DNA from: Longimicrobiales bacterium
GTDB lineage: Bacteria > Gemmatimonadota > Gemmatimonadetes > Longimicrobiales > Gaopeijiaceae
NCBI GenBank assembly: GCA_965238005.1
Contig: OZ250165.1
Coordinates: 4,000,001 to 4,064,000 of the forward strand
Direction of reading: 5' to 3'
Length of the DNA stretch: 64,000 nt
Shown: in pieces, positions 49,854 through 57,886 of the stretch
Layout: every line of letters starts with the position of its first letter
Numbering within the stretch: the first letter of the stretch is position 1
Made by a program: the position numbers and the translations under genes
Notes under the pieces: model-generated
The model's database searches: none
What the model was told of the DNA's origin: nothing
Seen by the model: only the letters and a program-made list of their open reading frames with translations

Positions 49854-50076
49854 CCTCTCCACAAGTCTGGTGGGCCTCGCGACCCACGCCTTCGGCGTGG
49901 GTGCCCCGGTCTCGCGCGTGCTCAGGGTAGGAACGACGACGAGTCGTAGCGGGGCTACAGCGAGGAGGAGAGACGGCGCATGAGCCCGCGACCCCCCGCG
50001 CCCGCAGCCATATGGAAGACATCTCCCTACAGTGTGTCGGGTTACGGCGGCATGGCCCGCCAGACTTGTGCAGAGG
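49854..50076. ncRNA. Candidate structured RNA/DNA element bounded by a 23-bp inverted repeat
   Basis: 49854-49876 vs 50054-50076 match at 21/23; several internal hairpins; no family recognised. Confidence 0.35.
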
Positions 50077-50272
50077 CGAGCTGCGTCTGCACCTCGCCTG
50101 TGTTCTGGCTCTGGCTCCGCTCACGCAGGTGGCGATAGATCGACCGGCGGGTGAGCCCGTATAGCACGACCCGGCTCAGGAAGTCCGGATCTGTCCTCTG
50201 AACCTCTTCAGCCTGCTCGGCGATATCGCGAGGGAGTCGGACGTTGAGTTGAACGGAGCAGGTTTCCCACAT
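50042..50272 (-). CDS. Small ribbon-helix-helix-like protein (76 aa)
   Basis: GGAGAGG RBS; SVQLNVRLPRDIAEQAEEV...FLSRVVLYGL strand-helix-helix pattern; own promoter upstream. Confidence 0.6.
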   Translation of the reverse strand: MWETCSVQLNVRLPRDIAEQAEEVQRTDPDFLSRVVLYGLTRRSIYRHLRERSQSQNTGEVQTQLASAQVWRAMPP

Positions 50273-50392
50273 GCGCGTGCCTCTCCCTACCTTGATTGTT
50301 GAAATTTCTCGAAATATTGACAGGGATCGGATGACCCCACTGTAAAACCCACATGCATTCCGGGAGGGCGAATCTTGCCTCGAGGCGAACCC

Positions 50393-50421
50393 AGTATACT
50401 GGTGAATTTCTGGGGGCGCAA
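50393..50421 (-). promoter_or_regulatory. Sigma70-type promoter of the RHH-like gene
   Basis: TTGCGC-17 bp-TATACT; the -10 box lies inside the perfect palindrome CCAGTATACTGG (50391-50402). Confidence 0.6.
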
Positions 50422-50646
50422 GCCTTTTTTCAAATTGTCGTGCGCCCAACTAGATCTTGTAACTTGTTGTCATACAACGACTTATGAATACACAGGTTTG
50501 GGCAAAACCAACTGTTCCCCTCTGTTCCGTGACACGGCTGTTTCCTGATTCTCCTGTTTGGAAAACCAGCAACGATGGGGACTTACAGAGTTCACGTGAG
50601 CAGCAAACGGCTTCTGGACTGAAGTCGATTTTTTACAAAACAAGGA

Positions 50647-51246
50647 CTACAGCAGGATCGATCGCAGGAAGGCCGTCAGGGTGGCCGAGGTGAAGGAGAG
50701 AAAGCGGTCGCGGAGGTCCTGGAGCTCCTCCTCACAGAAGATATCGCCTGTTCGCAAGTGGGCCTCGGCGGCGTCACGATGGAAGCGAATGTACCCTCGC
50801 CAGAGATCCTCGTCCCGGTAGAGTTCGAGAGAAGCGTGCCAGCGATCCCCTCCGTGCTCCACCTCCCTGAGCTCCACCGTGACCGGCTCTGACGGTTCGC
50901 CGGCATGGGGGTACGCTACGCCCGCCTTCAGATGCGCGAGGCGATGGGTCTCGTAATCCGCCAACCAGACTTCGAACGAAGGCAGTGGAAGCAGCTCGCG
51001 ACAGAAGCGATGGAGAGTAGCCATCGGATCCTTCGACTCGTGCATCCCGTGGCTGACAGCCCACTCTCTGGCCTGCCGATAGAGCGGGCGTACGCCCTCC
51101 CGTGGCACGAGCTCCAGGAGGCCGGTCGCCTGGCGACTGCAGTACTCTCGGTACTGCCGTCTCAGAGCCGGCGCTGTCGGAGGCCCCACTGTGACCGTGC
51201 GGAGCCGGGTCTTCACGCCCTCAGCCCGGTCGAGGGGAATCGACAC
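50647..51246 (-). CDS. Hypothetical protein, 'domain A - domain B'
   Basis: LRRQYREYCSRQ...LPSFEVWLADY, then WRGYIRF...RTGDIFCE. Confidence 0.75.
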   Translation of the reverse strand: MSIPLDRAEGVKTRLRTVTVGPPTAPALRRQYREYCSRQATGLLELVPREGVRPLYRQAREWAVSHGMHESKDPMATLHRFCRELLPLPSFEVWLADYETHRLAHLKAGVAYPHAGEPSEPVTVELREVEHGGDRWHASLELYRDEDLWRGYIRFHRDAAEAHLRTGDIFCEEELQDLRDRFLSFTSATLTAFLRSILL

Positions 51247-51264
51247 GGGTCGTCGGCCCCTGCC

Positions 51265-51368
51265 CTAGTGTCCCGTTACCAAAGTGTCTCGGCCAGTCGA
51301 GGGCACGGTGCATCCGTGGGCGCCCCGACCCTCTTGGTGGCTCGCGAACTTCGGAAACGGAACACTAG
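51265..51368. mobile_element. MITE-like element, 104 bp including CTAG at both ends
   Basis: Ends CTAGTGTCCCGTTACCAAAGT and ACTTCGGAAACGGAACACTAG are inverted repeats (18/21); second partial copy at 57887. Confidence 0.65.
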
Positions 51369-52276
51369 TGCACTGTCCCGCCGCCGGCGACGGCGGCATG
51401 GGTGCGGAGCGGCACCGACTTAAGGCGACGCTCGCGAACGGGGAGCCGGGCCAGAGTCTCACGAGATCCGAAGGTGGCCAGGTGATGCTCGACAGCCTTG
51501 AAACGACCGGGCTCGAAGCGCGCCAGGAGCCGACCTAGGCCCCGCCGGATGGTCTGAAGCTCCTCACGGGCCTCGACCAAGGTCACCGGCAGGTCGAGGC
51601 GAACATGATAATGTACCGAGCCGCCCTCGTGGACCTCGCTGACGCGCAGCACTTCACGCTGGGGAAACGCCTCGAGGACCGCTGCCTCAAAGATGGCATC
51701 CGGCTCCGGTGACGGAGCGCGGAAGACCAGCGCATTGGCGTCGTAGTCCAGATAGGCTCGGGTGATCCGGTGCTCGCCCACGACGATGCGAACGGAGGTC
51801 CGTTCGTGGAAGTCCAGGTCTCGACAGATGTCACGGAAGCCGATCCGGAGGATCGTGGACCGGGTCAACGGACCGTATCCCATTCTGCCGAGGAGACCCA
51901 AAGCCATCTGGAAACAGTAGGCCCCGAGACGACCTCCATGCTCGTCGGCCTCGGCGCCGGCACGGTCTCTGATGAGGCGGTTCACATGCTCGAGCGTCGG
52001 CTCGTACACCCAGTCCAAAACGACCAGCTCCGAGCTGAGGTCCAGCATCTTCACCGTGGAGCTCCCCAGGTCCAGCACTTCCGCCGAAGACGCGAAGCGC
52101 CCTTCGAGCACCAGCGCCAGACCGATATCCTGAATCCTCCCACCCGGAAGATCGATCTCGTGGAGATCTCGGTACTGGACGACGGCCCGGGTGAGCGGAA
52201 GCTCACAGATTCCGGGCACGTCGGCCATCGCCTCCGGCCGCGCCTCGGACTGAAGCGAGAGAGTCGTCGCGTTCAT
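51365..52276 (-). CDS. Hypothetical protein (303 aa)
   Basis: GAGGAG RBS before ATG; natural amino-acid composition; no family recognised. Confidence 0.7.
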   Translation of the reverse strand: MNATTLSLQSEARPEAMADVPGICELPLTRAVVQYRDLHEIDLPGGRIQDIGLALVLEGRFASSAEVLDLGSSTVKMLDLSSELVVLDWVYEPTLEHVNRLIRDRAGAEADEHGGRLGAYCFQMALGLLGRMGYGPLTRSTILRIGFRDICRDLDFHERTSVRIVVGEHRITRAYLDYDANALVFRAPSPEPDAIFEAAVLEAFPQREVLRVSEVHEGGSVHYHVRLDLPVTLVEAREELQTIRRGLGRLLARFEPGRFKAVEHHLATFGSRETLARLPVRERRLKSVPLRTHAAVAGGGTVH

Positions 52277-52397
52277 CGTGTCTCCTCTGACGTGAAACGC
52301 CCCCAGCACCGGCAAGCCGGCTCACGGGGGCGATTCCGCGAGTCTCGGACAAACAACGCCCTTGACACTCGTTCGACGATCCCTTTACTTTTCTCGC

Positions 52398-52476
52398 AGT
52401 GAACGAGGAAAAGCGGGTCGCCAACCCGTGTCTTCCAGCGAGAGTCCAGGTGCCAACCTGGACTCTCGCTTTTTTT
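52398..52476 (+). ncRNA. Candidate sRNA 1 (~80 nt)
   Basis: TTGACA(52362)-18-TACTTT promoter; two hairpins with GCCA-containing loops; perfect 15-bp stem plus T6 terminator. Confidence 0.5.
52437..52476 (+). terminator. Intrinsic terminator
   Basis: AGCGAGAGTCCAGGT-GCCA-ACCTGGACTCTCGCT-TTTTTT. Confidence 0.8.
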
Positions 52477-52522
52477 CTGGGTATGTCCCGCCCGATCGGC
52501 ACCACATCGTGGCTGACCGGGC

Positions 52523-52618
52523 AAAAAAACCCGGTATTCTCGCCGGGCTTCCTATGCGCTCCCAACAGCCACTATCGACCGTGGGATGCGGCCTTTTGGG
52601 GGCTTCTCCTGCCCCAAC
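52523..52618 (-). ncRNA. Candidate sRNA 2 (~95 nt)
   Basis: TTGCCA(52654)-18-TATCGT promoter with extended -10 TG; hairpin with AGGAGAA loop; CCCGG/CCGGG stem plus T7 terminator. Confidence 0.45.
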
Positions 52619-52768
52619 GGTCTCACGATAACAATATGTTTACCATCCTGGCAAGACGTTTCTTTCGGCGGCCCCGACGCCGCCAATCGTTTTCCTTGCC
52701 CCCGCTGACGCCTTCGGACATCTTGAGGTCGATCATGCCGCCCACGGTCGCCGGCGGTTCCCGCGGCC

Positions 52769-53494
52769 GTGCCCTATGCACCTCGTCCCACTGCAGAATT
52801 GGCCGAACACGCCCTCATCGACCGCGCTCGCCAGCGCTCTCTCGGGTTTCTCCAGTGGGAAGGCCAGAAGTGGTCTTGCTTCCTGATCACCTTCCAGGGA
52901 CGGGACCACCAATGGCACGGTTACCTCTCCTTCCGCCCCAGGGACAGCGAGGGCGACGTAGACGAGGTCCGCACGGCGGACATCTTCATGGAAGCTTCCG
53001 AGTCGGAGATCGACCAAAAGGCGAGGGGGCTCGGGCAACCCCTACTGAGAGCGCTGTTCTCCTCCGCCCTCCATACCCAGCAGAGGGACGAGGTGGCCTC
53101 GCCCAGGCTGCGCAGGTGGTTCCGCAATCTGCTTTCGGAGAACTCCCAGGAGATAGCGGCTGCCGCCCGAGACTGCCTCGACGACCCGTCCGGCCAGGCG
53201 GACGTGGCGGAGCTGCGGTCACTGTATGCCTCGTACAGGCTGGATCAGGTCTGCCATTTCATTGCGCTTCTCAGGCCCGATGACTTCGAGTCGGCTGTGG
53301 ATCGGATCCTCGAGGGACAGCCTGTGGACTTCGGAGCGAAGGACCGGCTCCAACTCGCCATGATGGTGGTGGAGTACATCGAGGCTCTGATACCCATGCC
53401 GCCTTTCGAAGTCTGGACCGTCGATTTCCTGGCCAATCGGGAGGAGTATCTCCTCTACGCCCACACCCTCCATCGTGAGGGGAGACTTCCCTGA
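52769..53494 (+). CDS. Hypothetical protein, 'domain B - domain A'
   Basis: WHGYLSF...RTADIFME, then LRSLYASYRLDQ...MPPFEVWTVDF; start uncertain. Confidence 0.75.
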   Translation: MPYAPRPTAELAEHALIDRARQRSLGFLQWEGQKWSCFLITFQGRDHQWHGYLSFRPRDSEGDVDEVRTADIFMEASESEIDQKARGLGQPLLRALFSSALHTQQRDEVASPRLRRWFRNLLSENSQEIAAAARDCLDDPSGQADVAELRSLYASYRLDQVCHFIALLRPDDFESAVDRILEGQPVDFGAKDRLQLAMMVVEYIEALIPMPPFEVWTVDFLANREEYLLYAHTLHREGRLP

Positions 53495-53560
53495 TACGCC
53501 CGGTACTACTACTTTTTTTAGCTCTGAGCTTGGACGTCTTACCGGAGAAGGGACCCTCTC

Positions 53561-53755
53561 TTGGAAGTAACCATTCAGGACAACGAGAGCCTCGAGCGAG
53601 CGCTCCGTCGGTTTAAGCGTAAAGTGCAGCGATCGGGGCTCTACTCGGAACTCCGCAAGCGCCGCTTCTATGAGAAGCCGAGCGCCCAGCGGAAGCGGAA
53701 GCGCGAGGCCGCCATCCGCCGGGAGCGCAGGCGTCAGAGGCGCGGCCGGCGGTAG
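53561..53755 (+). CDS. rpsU: 30S ribosomal protein S21
   Basis: [14 protein letters not shown]...[15 protein letters not shown] start. Confidence 0.95.
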   Translation: MEVTIQDNESLERALRRFKRKVQRSGLYSELRKRRFYEKPSAQRKRKREAAIRRERRRQRRGRR

Positions 53756-53796
53756 GCACCGACCCGCAGGTCCGTTCTCGGGTCAGCATAGCCCGC

Positions 53797-53830
53797 AAAA
53801 AAACGGCGACCCCCTCGGGTCACCGTTTTT
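53797..53830. terminator. Bidirectional intrinsic terminator between rpsU and the AraC-like gene
   Basis: A7-CGGCGACCC-CCTC-GGGTCACCG-T5. Confidence 0.7.
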
Positions 53831-54644
53831 CTCCTACTGAAAACCACCCGGTCCAAGCAGCCCTCACGAAAAGAGGACCCAGCGCATCCCAACGCCTGAG
53901 ATGCTCTGGCATCAGGAGCTCACGACTGATCCGGGTCAGGACGTGCAGATGCCCCTCCACCGTCGACGCCGCCGACAGCGTGAGCCCCGTGAGGGAGAGG
54001 AACGCGCGGCAGAGATTGCCGTTGCTCGAGTACCCCAAGTGGAACGCCACCCTGGCCGTCGTCATGCCGTGCCGGGTGAGAAGCTTGCTGGCACAGAGCG
54101 CCCGCAGCCGGGTGGTGTACGCGAATGGCGACGGCAAATCCTGGCGTCGGAATCGGGCCTTGAGCGCCCCAGGCGTGAGCCCCACCGCTTCAGCTAATTC
54201 GTCTAGGCGGGCGTACCTGGATGGGAACTCTAAAGTCTTGCGCCCCAGCGCGCCAAGCTCAAGCGGAAGAGGATGTCCCGCCGCACGGCTCAAATCTCGG
54301 AGAAGCCCCTCCACCCAATCCAAGGGGAGCGCCGCTTCGTTGATCAACTGGCGCAAGCTGGCCGGGGCCGTGTCGATGCGCTCAATCGCTATCGCCGATG
54401 CCGAGCGCCGGAGCCCGGGCAAGCCCAAGGGCACTAACTCCAACACGGGAAGATCGGAGCCCCTGGCCTTGATGGCTCGCTCTACCACCCCATCCGCACC
54501 CCGCTCGATGACTGACACTCTCGGGAAGCCCAACTCGAGAGCAGCCATGACATCTTCGACCTCACAGAAGACGTCTTCGGCGGGCAGAGCAGCCCGCCGA
54601 ACCGAGTGGAGCAGAAACGCGTCCCTAATCGCGGCGAGGATCAT
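53820..54644 (-). CDS. AraC-family helix-turn-helix regulator
   Basis: LDELAEAVGLTPGALKARF...SP..Y...LR...A..LL...VAFHLGYSSNGNLCRAF...TG. Confidence 0.7.
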   Translation of the reverse strand: MILAAIRDAFLLHSVRRAALPAEDVFCEVEDVMAALELGFPRVSVIERGADGVVERAIKARGSDLPVLELVPLGLPGLRRSASAIAIERIDTAPASLRQLINEAALPLDWVEGLLRDLSRAAGHPLPLELGALGRKTLEFPSRYARLDELAEAVGLTPGALKARFRRQDLPSPFAYTTRLRALCASKLLTRHGMTTARVAFHLGYSSNGNLCRAFLSLTGLTLSAASTVEGHLHVLTRISRELLMPEHLRRWDALGPLFVRAAWTGWFSVGEKR

Positions 54645-54794
54645 TCACAAAAACTGCACCACCTCAGAAGCTTGTGCACGAGTGCATCGCGTGCCTGTTC
54701 GCTCGAAAGTGGGCCCTCACCCATAGTGGAAAGGGCCCTCGCCCCAAAAGTGGAGAGGGCCGATACCTCACGGATGCCGGCGCCCGCCCACCTG

Positions 54795-55673
54795 TCAGAT
54801 GGGAAGGGGAGTCGGTTGCTCTCCCGACCAGTCGTAGAATCCCTGACCCGTCTTCTTCCCGTATCGCCCCATCGCCGCGATCCGCTTCAGCAGCGGCGGT
54901 GGGGCGTAGCGCTCTTCCCGATACTCGTCGAACATGATCTCCGAGATGCGATAGAGGGTGTCGATCCCCACGAAATCACAGAGTACGAACGGTCCCATGG
55001 GATATCCCAGGCGGAGCGTCATCGCCTTGTCCATGTCCTCGACGCTGGCAACGCCGCGCTCGAGCTGCCTGATGGCATCGAGCATGTAGGGCACGAGGAG
55101 AAGATTCACCACGAAGCCCGAGTTGTCCTTCGCCGCGATGGGCTCCTTCCCGAGGGCTGCGGCGAAGGCGAAAGCGGCGTCGAAGGCGTCGTCACTCGTG
55201 GCGATGGTGCGCACGACCTCCACGAGCTTCATGACCGGCACCGGGTTGAAGAAGTGAAGGCCCACCACCTTGTCGGGCCGACTCGTGCCGGCCGCCATAT
55301 CCGTGATCGGCAGTGAAGAGGTGTTCGAAGCGAAGATCGTATCGGCCCCGCACAGCTCGTCGAGGGCCGAGAAGAGCTCGTTCTTGGCATCCAGGTCTTC
55401 CACGATGGCTTCCACCACGAGATCACGATCGGCAAGGTCGGCCAGATCGGTCGTAAAGCGGATGCGGCTCCAGGCCGCGTCGCGGTCGGCGGCTTCGAGC
55501 TTGCCCTTGTCCACGGCCCGGTCCAGCGACTTCTTGATCGTCCCCTGGCCCGCCTCCAAGAGCTCGTCGCTGACCTCGCGAACGGCGACGTCGAAGCCCG
55601 CCTTGGCGGCTACCTCGGCGATCCCGCTCCCCATGAGACCACACCCGACCACGCCTACCTTTTCTATCTTCAC
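54795..55673 (-). CDS. 3-hydroxybutyryl-CoA / 3-hydroxyacyl-CoA dehydrogenase
   Basis: VGCGLMGSGIA, EAIVE, ASNTSS, GLHFFNPVP, GYPMGP. Confidence 0.92.
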   Translation of the reverse strand: MKIEKVGVVGCGLMGSGIAEVAAKAGFDVAVREVSDELLEAGQGTIKKSLDRAVDKGKLEAADRDAAWSRIRFTTDLADLADRDLVVEAIVEDLDAKNELFSALDELCGADTIFASNTSSLPITDMAAGTSRPDKVVGLHFFNPVPVMKLVEVVRTIATSDDAFDAAFAFAAALGKEPIAAKDNSGFVVNLLLVPYMLDAIRQLERGVASVEDMDKAMTLRLGYPMGPFVLCDFVGIDTLYRISEIMFDEYREERYAPPPLLKRIAAMGRYGKKTGQGFYDWSGEQPTPLPI

Positions 55674-55754
55674 TCGTCCTCCAGATGATCAGGTGCCCCG
55701 CGTCGGCTGCTGGGTCGCCGTCCGACGGCCGCCGACTCGGGGCACTCGTTCGCT

Positions 55755-56612
55755 CTATAGATCTACGTCATCCCCCGACAGCTGGAGCTTGAACCTCCTC
55801 GCTTGACGCGTCACCCACCTCCGCCACGACGCGGGGGGCGGGGAAAGTTCCTCGCCCCGCTCCAAGCGATCGAGGATCCCTTCCAGCTCCTGCTGGACTT
55901 CTTCTCTGCGCTTCCGCGAATAGTGGCCTGTGATACGCACCACTCCGAGCGCCACCGCTCCACCCGCGGCGATCGCGACAGACCATGCGGCAGCCGCGGG
56001 AACCACGAAGACCGATCCCAGGAGAGCTGCCACACCGAAGCTCATTCCCGCACCCGCTCCCAGCCCGCCCATGACCGCGCCGGACGTGTAGTCGCCTCGG
56101 ACGCCCGGATCCACGTCAATCTGCACCAGCGTAGAGCCGTCGTCGCCCTCGTCGAGGCGCACCTCGATCTCCTTGGCAGAAGCCCAGTAGACCGTCTGCG
56201 ACATGGAGGCGCCGGCGCGGGCGAAGTTCGAGATCCAGTCTACGGCGGGCCGGTAAAGGAGAACATCGGACCCCTGCCGGACCGGCTGAAGCAGGTGTCC
56301 GGCCACGAGGAACTCGTCGATGATGAGCCGAAGGCGCTCTTTCCCGCCGGGCACGACGCGCGAAACCTTCACGGTGGCAGACCCGAACCAGCGGGCGATC
56401 ACGCCTTGGGGATCCTCGACACTCCGGATCTCCGTGAGCGCCCGCCGCACGTGGGCATCGGGCAGTCCCACCTCACGAGCGATTCGGAACAGCTCCGCCT
56501 CGTCGAGACCGCCCTCACCCCCATCCGGATCCGAAGTAGCGAGCTCCGATGCACGCTTGATCACGGCCTCGAACTCCCGTCGCGTCAGGCTCCTGCCCTT
56601 CGCCTCGGCCAT
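55755..56612 (-). CDS. Hypothetical membrane protein (two C-terminal TM helices)
   Basis: VIKRASEL...EL..IAREVGL N-terminal helical motif, 2 TM segments; start at MAEAKG. Confidence 0.65.
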   Translation of the reverse strand: MAEAKGRSLTRREFEAVIKRASELATSDPDGGEGGLDEAELFRIAREVGLPDAHVRRALTEIRSVEDPQGVIARWFGSATVKVSRVVPGGKERLRLIIDEFLVAGHLLQPVRQGSDVLLYRPAVDWISNFARAGASMSQTVYWASAKEIEVRLDEGDDGSTLVQIDVDPGVRGDYTSGAVMGGLGAGAGMSFGVAALLGSVFVVPAAAAWSVAIAAGGAVALGVVRITGHYSRKRREEVQQELEGILDRLERGEELSPPPASWRRWVTRQARRFKLQLSGDDVDL

Positions 56613-56680
56613 GGTCACGCCGAGCCCACGTTCGCGTCGAGTCCGCCCACCCGCCGTACCCCGTCCATGCCCGCGGTACC

Positions 56681-57886
56681 CTACGGGATCTCGACGATCA
56701 CGGCCCCGCCCTGCCCACCCCCGATGCACGCGGACCCGAGACCGTAGCGGCCTCCCCGCCGGCGCAGCTCATGGAGAACGTGAATCGTGATGCGGGCGCC
56801 GGACGCGGCCAACGGGTGGGTGATGGCGATGGCCCCGCCATTCACGTTGGTTTTCTCGGGATCCAGGCGGAGCTCCTTCTCCACGGACTTGTACTGCGGG
56901 GCGAAAGCCTCGTTGACCTCCACGATGTCCATGTCCTCGAGGGTCAGGCCCGCCTTCTCCAGCGCCATACGGGCCGCCGGCGCCGGGCCGATGCCCATCA
57001 CGCGGGGCTCCACCCCCACGAAGCCCCAGGACACGATGCGCCCCAGCGGCTCAACGCCGTTCTGCTCGGCCCATTCGGCCGACGCCACCACAGCGCTGGC
57101 CGACCCGTCACCGATGCCGCTGGCGTTCCCCGCCGTCACCAGCCCGTCTTCCTTGAAGTACGGGCGGAGTGCACCCAGACCCTCCACCGTGGTGTCCGGC
57201 CGTATGTGCTCGTCGTATGCGAACTCGGTCTCGCCCTTCCGGGACTCGATCGTGACAGGCACGATCTCCGCCTCGAAGCGACCCTCGTCCCAAGCGGCCT
57301 TGGCCCGCTGCTGGCTGTTGAAGGCGACTTTGTCGACATCTTCACGCGTGACCTCGTAGCGCCCCGCCAACTCCTCCGCCGTCTGGGCCATGGTCAGATC
57401 GCAGTTCGTGTCCAGGAGCGACTCCCAGAGCAGATCCTCGAAGGCGCCGCCGGCAGGTCCGAGCCGAAGGTCGCCCCAACGGACTCCCCGCAGAACGTGC
57501 GGCGCCTGGCTCATGGACTCGGTGCCCCCGCAGAGTGTCACGTCGGCGCCACCCAGCAGGATCTCCTTGGCACCCTGGACGATGGCCTCGAAGCCGGAGC
57601 CGCACAGCCGGTTGACCGTGACGGCCGGCTTCTCCTCGGGGACGCCCGAGCGGAGGGCGACGTGGCGCGAAAGGTAGATGGCGTCCGCCGAAGTCTGCAG
57701 CGCGTTGCCAAAGAAAGTGTGGTCGACCTGATCAGCCGTGATGCCTGCCGCCTCGATGGCGGCCTTGCTCGAGAACACACCCAGATCGGTGGCAGTGAAG
57801 CCCTTCAGGCTTCCCCCGAAAGTCCCGAAGGCGGTCCTTTTTCCCGAAAGGATCACGATGTCCTTCGACTGCCCCTGCGTGCCCAT
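56681..57886 (-). CDS. Acetyl-CoA C-acyltransferase (thiolase)
   Basis: NRLCGSG, TAGNASG, NEAF, GGAIAITHPLAASG, CIGGGQG. Confidence 0.93.
   Translation of the reverse strand: MGTQGQSKDIVILSGKRTAFGTFGGSLKGFTATDLGVFSSKAAIEAAGITADQVDHTFFGNALQTSADAIYLSRHVALRSGVPEEKPAVTVNRLCGSGFEAIVQGAKEILLGGADVTLCGGTESMSQAPHVLRGVRWGDLRLGPAGGAFEDLLWESLLDTNCDLTMAQTAEELAGRYEVTREDVDKVAFNSQQRAKAAWDEGRFEAEIVPVTIESRKGETEFAYDEHIRPDTTVEGLGALRPYFKEDGLVTAGNASGIGDGSASAVVASAEWAEQNGVEPLGRIVSWGFVGVEPRVMGIGPAPAARMALEKAGLTLEDMDIVEVNEAFAPQYKSVEKELRLDPEKTNVNGGAIAITHPLAASGARITIHVLHELRRRGGRYGLGSACIGGGQGGAVIVEIP

Noticed and set aside
49750..49900. Glycine riboswitch-like words (CTCTCAGG, GGAGAG, CGCCGAAGG)
   Set aside because: They are not on one strand in the required order.
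49854..50076. Retron msr-msd, 6S RNA, tmRNA, SRP or RNase P identity for the inverted-repeat element
   Set aside because: No reverse transcriptase in the window and no signature sequences recognised; left as unassigned.
50280..50646. Possible oriC near recF/gyrB/ssb
   Set aside because: No consensus DnaA boxes (TTATCCACA) seen and no dnaA or dnaN in the window.
51284..51538. Short ORFs sharing the peptide APRPSWxLANFGNGTL (also 57732-57953)
   Set aside because: The shared peptide is just the translation of the repeated DNA element, and both ORFs overlap real genes.
52399..53283. 294-aa plus-strand ORF crossing the sRNA region
   Set aside because: Runs through an intrinsic terminator, has low-complexity composition and overlaps the motif-bearing 52769-53494 gene out of frame.
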